A DNA stretch of 64,000 bases from a bacterium (GTDB lineage Bacteria; RBG-13-61-14; DATKZS01). The translations under genes were made by a program, and so were the position numbers. Location of the stretch: the NCBI GenBank assembly GCA_963674965.2, contig CAXXFL010000007.1, positions 928,001 to 992,000 of the forward strand, written 5' to 3'. Shown here one piece after another: positions 57,099-64,000 of the stretch; positions within the stretch are counted from its first letter, which is position 1, and every line of letters begins with the position of its first letter. A model generated the notes under the pieces. The model was not told the DNA's origin, did no database searches, and was given only the letters and a program-made list of their open reading frames with translations.

Positions 57099-58658
57099 AT
57101 GAACGCACACAAAACTCCCTTTACCATCCTGGCCATCGGCCGTTTCGGACTGACTCCGGAGAGCGGCTACAAACCGGCGATAATCGAGATGAACGCGGAC
57201 GACCTGAACGCCGCCGTCGCGGAGGTCTCGCCGTCGGTTTTCGTTACCCTTCCCAGGAGGCTCATCCCCTCGGGGGCCGTGGACGTGAAGATCACGTCCA
57301 TGAAGCAATTCCATCCGGACGGTTTGGTCAAGGCGTCCGAGCCGCTAAGCGCCATGCTCGAGTCCAGGGACTATATAAGGGAATCGATCAAGAAGGGGCT
57401 CTCGGCGGGCGAGATATTCGAGGGCCTGAAGAAATGGCCCGCCCTGCCCGTCGAGATCGAGCACGCTCCCGCCGACGCCAAGCCGGCCTCCAAAAGCGCC
57501 GTGGACGACGTCCTGAACATGGTGGCCGCGGGCGGAAGCGGCGGCGGCTCGTCGGCCGAGCCCCCGTCGTGGGCGGAGAAAATCGGCCGGGTCCTCGAGG
57601 AGACGCTCTTCCATATCTTTCTTAACGAGGACTTCAGGGCTTATGAGGCCGCGTGGCGTGGAGCGGAGCTTCTGGCCAAGCGGGGCAAGGCGGGCGGCAA
57701 GGTCCGTCTGAAAATCGTTAACGCTTCCATGCCCGTCCTGGCCGATTGCCTGGACGGGATCGAGGACCGCCTGTTCGAGGACCCGCCCTCCGTGATCCTT
57801 ATCGACCTGCCCTTCGACGGCTCGTCCTCCACCATGGAGGTCATGGAAAAAACCGCCGCCCTGGCCGAAACCCTCCTCATACCGGCCATCGTCACCATTA
57901 ACGAAAAATTCATGCATCTCGAGAGCTGGAAGGAAATGGGAAAGCTGCCTTACATTCCCCATCATTTCGACGACGCGTCCTACGCGAAATGGAAAAAACT
58001 AAGGGGCGCCTCATCCTCGAACTGGATGGCCGCGACCGTCAACCGCTTCATGGCCCGGGACGCCTACGGCGAGGAAAACAGCCCCCGAAGCGTCAACCTC
58101 AAGGAGGAATGGAACACCCTGGCCGGGGCGCCGTGGGCGCTTGGCTGTCTTATCGCTTCTCGCGTGAACGAGACGGGCTGGCCCACGCGCTTCACCGATT
58201 ACAATATCGCCAAACTGGACGGCCTGGCGGTGGCGGGCGATGAAGGGGAGAGGCCATCTCCCGCGGAGATCGACCTCGAGGTGGACCGCGTGAACCAGTT
58301 CCTTGACGCCGGCGTTATTCCTCTTATCGGGCCTTCCGGCAAGGACTTCGTTTTTTTGTCCGGCGCCGTTTGCGTCTCGGGGGAGTCCCTGGCCTATCAG
58401 CTCCTGCTTTCCCGCATGATAAGCATCCTGCTGGCGGCCAAGGACGAAAGCCGGGAGGGGGCCTCGGCCGAGGACGTTCGCGCCCTGTTAAAGGACGTTT
58501 TCTCCAAGGTCTGGATCGAGACGGGTTACGACGTTCCCGAGGACCTGGAGGTCACGGTCGAGGAAACCGGCGGCCCCATGGCCGTGAGCGTTTCCATGAC
58601 GCCGCCCGCCAAGGTCTTGTCCACCGGGAGAAAGATAGAACTGGGGCTGAACTGGTAG
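57099..58658 (+). CDS. Fused TssB(VipA)-TssC(VipB)-like contractile sheath protein
   Basis: N-terminal PFTILAIG.F...SMKQFHPDGLV...L..MLESR is TssB-like; IFLNEDFRAYEAAWRG..LL, WKKLR....NW, RFMAR..YG and GWP are TssC-like. Confidence 0.78.
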   Translation: MNAHKTPFTILAIGRFGLTPESGYKPAIIEMNADDLNAAVAEVSPSVFVTLPRRLIPSGAVDVKITSMKQFHPDGLVKASEPLSAMLESRDYIRESIKKGLSAGEIFEGLKKWPALPVEIEHAPADAKPASKSAVDDVLNMVAAGGSGGGSSAEPPSWAEKIGRVLEETLFHIFLNEDFRAYEAAWRGAELLAKRGKAGGKVRLKIVNASMPVLADCLDGIEDRLFEDPPSVILIDLPFDGSSSTMEVMEKTAALAETLLIPAIVTINEKFMHLESWKEMGKLPYIPHHFDDASYAKWKKLRGASSSNWMAATVNRFMARDAYGEENSPRSVNLKEEWNTLAGAPWALGCLIASRVNETGWPTRFTDYNIAKLDGLAVAGDEGERPSPAEIDLEVDRVNQFLDAGVIPLIGPSGKDFVFLSGAVCVSGESLAYQLLLSRMISILLAAKDESREGASAEDVRALLKDVFSKVWIETGYDVPEDLEVTVEETGGPMAVSVSMTPPAKVLSTGRKIELGLNW

Positions 58659-58671
58659 CCAAAAAGGCCGA

Positions 58672-59448
58672 TCAGCGCAACTTGGCCACGAAAACCTCGG
58701 CGTCGTCCTCTTCGGAAAAAGACCCGAAGAGCAAAGAGTCGGGCGTCTCGCGGACGCGAAGGAAATAAGAGGTCTCCACGTCCACCGGGTTCTTGACGGC
58801 CCAGGCGGTGTATTCCTTGTCTCCCAGGTTGATCTTGAGTCCCTTCATGGGATAGTTGAGGATCATCTTGTCCATGGGAAGACGTCCTTTCGGACCGACG
58901 CCATGGGCGTCAATGTCTCCCTCTGAAACGCCGAGCATGGCCCCTTGCCAGGGACCGTTGGCCGGTCCGACCTCGAACCACAGCCCGATGCCGGCTATCC
59001 CGTGCACGTCCATCCGATAATCGGCCTCCGCCGGCTTAAAGGGCTTGCTGGTGGCGGCCACCACTTTGGCCCCCACCGTCGCCGAGGAAAGGGGAAGCAC
59101 CTGGGCGTGCTTTAGCGGCGTGGGAATATCCTCCTCTTTGGGGGCCGCCCCCCCGTGAAGGACCATGGTGGGAAACCCGTGACCCCTGGCCGCCTGGACC
59201 GTAATCGAAAGAAGCGATAGTCCGAAGACCGTGTCCGGGGCCGAAAGCTCATCGCCCGGCGCGGCGATTATCCACATGGCCACGTCCTTGTCCAGGAGGA
59301 TTTCCCTCGGGCCCATCCAGTCCATCTTCTCCAGGTTGTCGCTCCAGAAGTGGCCGTCCACTCCCAGGCCGTAAGTCGCGATATTCTGCATGAGCTTTTG
59401 CGCCGTTTCCTCGTTCTTGGATAAGATGCTTATAAATACTTTCTTCAT
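58672..59448 (-). CDS. Hypothetical protein at the end of the T6SS accessory module
   Basis: 258 aa from MKKVFIS; host-like codon usage; TIR-like look at the N-terminus. Confidence 0.7.
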   Translation of the reverse strand: MKKVFISILSKNEETAQKLMQNIATYGLGVDGHFWSDNLEKMDWMGPREILLDKDVAMWIIAAPGDELSAPDTVFGLSLLSITVQAARGHGFPTMVLHGGAAPKEEDIPTPLKHAQVLPLSSATVGAKVVAATSKPFKPAEADYRMDVHGIAGIGLWFEVGPANGPWQGAMLGVSEGDIDAHGVGPKGRLPMDKMILNYPMKGLKINLGDKEYTAWAVKNPVDVETSYFLRVRETPDSLLFGSFSEEDDAEVFVAKLR

Positions 59449-59559
59449 AACCGGTCCCTTCAGTGTTTTCTTATATCTTACCTGATTCACTCCGCCGCAA
59501 CCAAAATCATAACACGGCCGCCTTGGCAATTGACAATATGTCCGCGCCCTTCCACCCGC

Positions 59560-59964
59560 CTACTTTAAAATGATCACCTTGAACTGGGCCGGGGCCAGAG
59601 TCGCGCCCGGGACGTTTAAACTCATGCCGTTTTGTCCGGTCATGCTCGTCATCTTGGTAACTGGCATGCCCTCGTAAAACACGCCGAAGCTTCCAAGCAG
59701 ATGCTTGTGCGGTCCCATTACCATGCCGGAGGCCACGCCAAGCGCCACGCCCGCGTTGTCCCCATTGCTTATGGTCCCCTGCGTCTTCATGGTATGGGCG
59801 GGCATGCAGGAGAGGAAAACCTTGGTGGACGCCGTGCCGGGGTTGGCGGTCATGCCCATGGAAACGTTCGGATATGGTATGGGCACGGGCCCGGCCGGGG
59901 TCGGCGTGTTGCACACGTCGGGAAAGGCCACGTTGACCCCTCCCATCTGACAGTTGGCGAACAT
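59560..59964 (-). CDS. DUF4150 PAAR-like spike tip protein
   Basis: FPDVCNTP...PIPYPN...GDNAG...GV.SG...GS..V..EG. Confidence 0.92.
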   Translation of the reverse strand: MFANCQMGGVNVAFPDVCNTPTPAGPVPIPYPNVSMGMTANPGTASTKVFLSCMPAHTMKTQGTISNGDNAGVALGVASGMVMGPHKHLLGSFGVFYEGMPVTKMTSMTGQNGMSLNVPGATLAPAQFKVIILK

Positions 59965-59973
59965 GACTTGCTC

Positions 59974-60624
59974 CTATCCCATGAATATCTTGTCGCCGTC
60001 GATCCTGACGTCCTCCCTGGCGGTCACGATCGCGTAGCCGCCCCTCAAGGACATCAGCTTTTTCACCGCGTAATCGAGATGGCCCGCCTGTAAATGGTCC
60101 GTCTCCGAAATCCACCGATAGCTCCGTTTTACCTTCTGGCTGACCCGGTCCAGGACCGAGTCCAGGCTCCTGCCCACCAGCTTGATCTTCTCGAAGTTGC
60201 CCTCGATAAGGCCGCTGAAAAACCGAAGGTCCTCGACCGTCGCCTCGGCCCGAGCCGCGTTGATGCAAAGCTCGCCCGAGACGAGCCTCGTTTTGCCGGC
60301 CGTCACCGCCTCGATCCCGTCGCGAGCGGCGGCCCGGAGCTTTCCTTCTCCCGCCTTTATCTCGACGTCGCGATCGAAGCTGAGCGAGTAGGCCGCGTCG
60401 CCCTCCCTCTCGAGGACGGACAGGACGTAGGTACGGCCAAAAGAGTCCCGGCTTAAAAGCACGACGTCGCCCGCCTCCGGCTCGACCACGCAGCCCGCGG
60501 CGCGCCCGGCCTTGAGGCTCCCTTCTCCCGCGGCGACGACGTAGGACCCATCCTCTTTTCCCATCACCTTGCCGTAGGCCAGGGCGATTTCGACGTTACT
60601 TATTTTCATAACCGGCTTTTCCAT
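59974..60624 (-). CDS. DUF3540 protein
   Basis: RAAGCVVEPEAGDVVL...YVLSVLER...V.IDG.KI.MG; start set at MEKPVMK. Confidence 0.88.
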   Translation of the reverse strand: MEKPVMKISNVEIALAYGKVMGKEDGSYVVAAGEGSLKAGRAAGCVVEPEAGDVVLLSRDSFGRTYVLSVLEREGDAAYSLSFDRDVEIKAGEGKLRAAARDGIEAVTAGKTRLVSGELCINAARAEATVEDLRFFSGLIEGNFEKIKLVGRSLDSVLDRVSQKVKRSYRWISETDHLQAGHLDYAVKKLMSLRGGYAIVTAREDVRIDGDKIFMG

Positions 60625-60641
60625 CGTTGCCTCCAATTTCC

Positions 60642-61709
60642 TTACTCGGCGGGCCTGAAATCCTCGGCCTCGGCGCGGTCCTTGTCGGTCCCAAGCGCCT
60701 CCGACTTGTTCGCTCCCTCCCACCTGGCTCCTTCCGCCTTGACGCGGTGGAGTACGGCGCGATGCATCTTGCAATCCCTCAAGTCCGACTCGGTAAGGTC
60801 CGCCCCCGAAAAGTCGCAGTAGGTCAGGTCGGCCCCCTTGAAGACCGAGCCCTTGCACGAGGCCTTTTTAAACCCGCTCTCGTAAAGGTTGGCTCCCGTA
60901 AAATCGGCGCCCTCGAGTTTCGCCTCCTCGAAGCAGGCGTTCATAAGCTCGGCCTTTTTCAGGGTGGCCCCATTAAGGGCGGCCCGCAGGAAGATGGCGT
61001 ATTGCGCCTTGACATTGTCAAGTTTCGCGTTATCCAGGCGAGCGTCCATGAAGTTGGCCTGGGTCAGGTCGCAGCCGGTAAGGTCCGCGCCGGTAAGGTC
61101 CGCGCCGATGAACTGCACGCCCTTCAGCGTCATGCCGGCAAGGTCCATGCCGGACAAGTCGACCCCGAAAAGCACGGCCAACTCGAAGGAGGCCCCCTTT
61201 AAAACCGCGCCCGAGGTTTTCGAGTTTATCAAGATGGCGGCGAAAAAAACCGCGCCCGTAAAGTCCGCCCCCACAAGGTCCGACTCGTAAAGAAGCGTGG
61301 TCTTGAGGTTGGCCCCCCGCAATTTGGCGTTCTTCAGAATCGCCCCGTTCAGGGCCGCGGTGTCGAGATCGGCCCCGGAAAGGTCCGCGCCCTCGAGGTT
61401 CGCCTCCGGCAGGGCCGCGTCCTTTAAGTTGGCCCCGCTCAGGTTGACGCCGGCCAGCTCGGAAAAGGTTATCTTGGCCGACTCGGCGTTGACCCGGGAA
61501 AGATTCGCGCCGCTCAGGTCAGCGGCGTTGAAAATCGACTCGCGCAGATTGGCCCCGGAAAGGTTCGCGCCAACCAGTTTCACGTTCTCGAAGACCGCGC
61601 CCGAGAGGTCGGCGCCCGAAAAGTCCGCGCCCGAGAAGTCCACGTTCTCGATGAACTCGCCGTCTTTGATCCTGGCTTCTATCTCCCGGCGGTTCATTTC
61701 GGTCTCCAA
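60642..61709 (-). CDS. Pentapeptide repeat protein
   Basis: Continuous A(D/N)LxG repeats. Confidence 0.93.
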   Translation of the reverse strand: METEMNRREIEARIKDGEFIENVDFSGADFSGADLSGAVFENVKLVGANLSGANLRESIFNAADLSGANLSRVNAESAKITFSELAGVNLSGANLKDAALPEANLEGADLSGADLDTAALNGAILKNAKLRGANLKTTLLYESDLVGADFTGAVFFAAILINSKTSGAVLKGASFELAVLFGVDLSGMDLAGMTLKGVQFIGADLTGADLTGCDLTQANFMDARLDNAKLDNVKAQYAIFLRAALNGATLKKAELMNACFEEAKLEGADFTGANLYESGFKKASCKGSVFKGADLTYCDFSGADLTESDLRDCKMHRAVLHRVKAEGARWEGANKSEALGTDKDRAEAEDFRPAE

Positions 61710-64000
61710 TGCTCGATCTTGGTTTTCTTGAGGTTGGTCTCCTCGAACCTGGTGTCGCCCAGCTTGGCCCGGAACACCTCGGCGCCGTAAAGGTTGGCCC
61801 TCGAGAAGTCCGCCCTCGCCAGCCTGGCCTTGGCCAGGGAGGCCTCCATCAGATTGGCGCCCGTAAGATCGGCGTCCGTCAGGTCCGACTTGTCGAACCT
61901 GGCCTGAAGAGCGTTAGCGCCCTTGAACTTCGCCGAGGCAAGGTTGCAGGTTAAAAAAGAAGCCAGCTCGAGGTTGGCGCCGGAAAAGTCCGCGCCCGAG
62001 GCGCTCGTCTCGACCAGGGCCGCCTCTTTCAAATCCGCTTTCTTAAAGCCGGCCCGGTTGAGAGTCGAGTCCTTGGCCGCGCAAAGCTTCATGGCCTTCG
62101 CCTCGTTGAAGACGGCCCCGTCCGCGTTCGACTCGACCAGCACCGCGGCCTTGAGCGTGGCCCGGCTCAGGTCGGCCCCGGCGAGGTTGCATTTGAAAAA
62201 GATGGCGCTCGTAAGGTCGGCCTCCGACAAGTCGGCCCCGGCGAGGTCGGCCTCCAGGAAGACGGCGTCATGAATGGACGCCTTATTAAGCTTCGCGTCC
62301 GAGAGCCTGGCCTCCATGAAATCGGCCGAGCTCAAATCCGCTCCCGAGAAGTCGGCCCCACTCGCGTCGGACATGGCCAGCACGGCCGACGCCATCCTCG
62401 CGTCATTGAACCTGGCCCCTTTAAGCGCGGCCACGCCCAAGTTGGCCCCCTCCAGGTTGGCGCCCGCCAGGTTGGCCCCCTCCAGGTTGGCCCTTACCAG
62501 AACGGCCCCTCGCAGGTCGGCCCCGTTAAGGTCGGCGCCCGCGAGGTTCGAGCTTTCCATCAAGGCGCCGCGAAGGTCGGCCGAGGCCAGCGACTCTCCC
62601 GCCAGGTCCACGCCGCACAGGTCCAGGCCGGCCAAGCCCTCGCCCCGCGACGTCCGGCCCTTCACGAGTTCTCGCGAAGCTTTCTTTTCATCCTCATTGG
62701 GGAGGGCAAGTTCCGGGAGATGATGGCCGTGTTTCCGGTATCCCTCCGCCGCGACCTCCTCGGCCTTCCTGAGCTTATTCTCGATCTCGGGGTCGTTCAC
62801 CCCCAGGGCTCGCATCTGGGCTATCTGTTCCTCCGCGTTGACCAGGGGCCTTTTCACTCCCGCTCTTTTCGCGTCCTCCATTAGTTGGTCGAAGTCGAGT
62901 CCCATTTGGGCGCAGGCATCCTTGGCGCTTTTCAAGGCCTTTTCTTTTTCCTCCATGGCCTCGGCCCGGGCTTTCTCAATGACGACGTCAAGCTCCTTCA
63001 GGTCCTCGAGGGTCAGGTCCTCGAGTTGGGGCTGCTTTTTCGGCAGGACTTCGTCAGGGTCCAGGCCGAAGCTTTTTATCGTCTCCCTCGATCTTTCCAT
63101 CTCGGCCTCGGCCCTCTTCTCCATGTTTCTTTGCAGGGGCGAGTCCTTTTTCGAGGCCAGGGCCTCCTCGATCATGACCGTGAAGGGGGAGGCGTCGCCC
63201 TCCGCGATGAGGTCGCTCTCGTTGAGGTAGACCTTGGGGTCCGCGTCCTCCCCGACCCTTTTTGCGAGGGCCGCCTTATAATGATCGAGCGTCCGCGGAG
63301 CGGCGCCCATCCTCTCGTAGGCGACGAGGGAACAACTCACGTCGCTCGCCTCGTCGTCCGCCACCTCGCTGACTCCTCGGTAGACGACGATCCCCTTCTC
63401 GGCGGCCGGAAACAGCCACACGGTGTCGAGCCGCGTTTCGATTTCCTGGAAAACCTCGGCCCCGTCCTTTATCCGGCTGAGGAAGCAGCGGGACTTGATC
63501 CCGGGCAGGCGGGAGCTGACGGAGGGCTTCTCCGGATGCATGCCTCCGATCTCGAATTCCTCGTCGCCCCTGAAGAATCCCTGAATCCACTGGTCCTCGG
63601 CCGCCTCGTTGAAAAAGGTGAAGTCCATGTCCCGGGCCAGTCCGGGAAACAACTCGTTCTGCCAGTGTTCGTCGTAGGTCCCGGCCCGCTTCAGCCTCCT
63701 CGGCCAGGACATGCCCGTCGGTCCCAGCGAGGCCGGCCGGGGCCTGTCCTTGGGCGAGGCGACGAGGGAGTCGGCGTACTCGATATTGGGGAGAGGATGA
63801 TACTTCTCGCCCTCCTCGGACATGAGTTCGGCGAAGCCTTTTCCGTCGGGGTTCTCGTCATAACCCTCGCCGCCAAAGGCCCGTTTATAGGTGATCCTCA
63901 TTTCGGCGAACGGCTCGGGCTCGGATATGTCCCGCGAAACGCCGCCCGCCCGTACCCAGTACCTGTCCCCAAACACGTAGAGCCTTTTACTGATCGGACC
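61694..64000 (-). CDS. DUF2169 domain and pentapeptide repeat protein; 5' end beyond the window
   Basis: VFGDRYW, AFGG, NP.GKG, LPNIE, R...AGTYD..W, FFN.A, SRLPG, LDTV, then pentapeptide repeats. Confidence 0.9.
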   Translation of the reverse strand, partial: GPISKRLYVFGDRYWVRAGGVSRDISEPEPFAEMRITYKRAFGGEGYDENPDGKGFAELMSEEGEKYHPLPNIEYADSLVASPKDRPRPASLGPTGMSWPRRLKRAGTYDEHWQNELFPGLARDMDFTFFNEAAEDQWIQGFFRGDEEFEIGGMHPEKPSVSSRLPGIKSRCFLSRIKDGAEVFQEIETRLDTVWLFPAAEKGIVVYRGVSEVADDEASDVSCSLVAYERMGAAPRTLDHYKAALAKRVGEDADPKVYLNESDLIAEGDASPFTVMIEEALASKKDSPLQRNMEKRAEAEMERSRETIKSFGLDPDEVLPKKQPQLEDLTLEDLKELDVVIEKARAEAMEEKEKALKSAKDACAQMGLDFDQLMEDAKRAGVKRPLVNAEEQIAQMRALGVNDPEIENKLRKAEEVAAEGYRKHGHHLPELALPNEDEKKASRELVKGRTSRGEGLAGLDLCGVDLAGESLASADLRGALMESSNLAGADLNGADLRGAVLVRANLEGANLAGANLEGANLGVAALKGARFNDARMASAVLAMSDASGADFSGADLSSADFMEARLSDAKLNKASIHDAVFLEADLAGADLSEADLTSAIFFKCNLAGADLSRATLKAAVLVESNADGAVFNEAKAMKLCAAKDSTLNRAGFKKADLKEAALVETSASGADFSGANLELASFLTCNLASAKFKGANALQARFDKSDLTDADLTGANLMEASLAKARLARADFSRANLYGAEVFRAKLGDTRFEETNLKKTKIEHWRPK

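Noticed and set aside
60642-62650. 15-bp periodic DNA repeats resembling an array
   Set aside because: Coding pentapeptide repeats, not CRISPR; no repeat-spacer array or cas gene seen in the window
1-64000. Many long antisense ORFs (e.g. 21..887, 5373..7406, 7375..9180, 32573..34252, 52943..54661)
   Set aside because: Shadow frames of GC-rich genes that have clear motifs on the opposite strand
1-64000. Very frequent CTCGAG hexamer (HIP1-like?)
   Set aside because: Largely explained by CTC-GAG (Leu-Glu) codon usage; would need a Markov-corrected count to claim

Overview
GC-rich bacterial chromosomal window. Gene content suggests an anaerobic Deltaproteobacteria/Desulfobacterota-like organism (inference). 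Left to right: (1) TCA genes (citrate synthase cut by the window edge, aconitase, fumarase) and an orphan C-terminal RND fragment. (2) A MerR-like regulator, TPP enzyme and aldehyde:ferredoxin oxidoreductase unit. (3) A sulfatase-like gene, tRNA-Met(CAT), UspA, a secreted beta-propeller, a class III cyclase, a hydrolase and an alternative sigma70 behind a long AT-rich spacer. (4) An Rrf2/ferredoxin/HD/hcp nitrosative-stress cluster. (5) A SelW/Rdx selenoprotein missed by the ORF track (CxxU plus a SECIS-like hairpin). (6) A glycan-modification cluster (B12 radical SAM, acetyltransferase, methyltransferase probably starting at ATC, GT4). (7) A secreted FGE-sulfatase-fold gene whose promoter and 5' end are duplicated about 4.35 kb away; the two copies bracket an AT-rich pair of paralogues, one split by an IS3-like element. 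(8) An uncharacterised glycyl radical enzyme coupled to a tandem PNPOx-like gene, with no activase in the window. (9) Acyl-CoA/Fe-S catabolic genes. (10) A contractile-injection (T6SS-like) locus with a natural TssB-TssC fusion facing a DUF2169/pentapeptide/DUF3540/DUF4150(PAAR) module. All family calls come from motif recognition by eye; no database searches were run.
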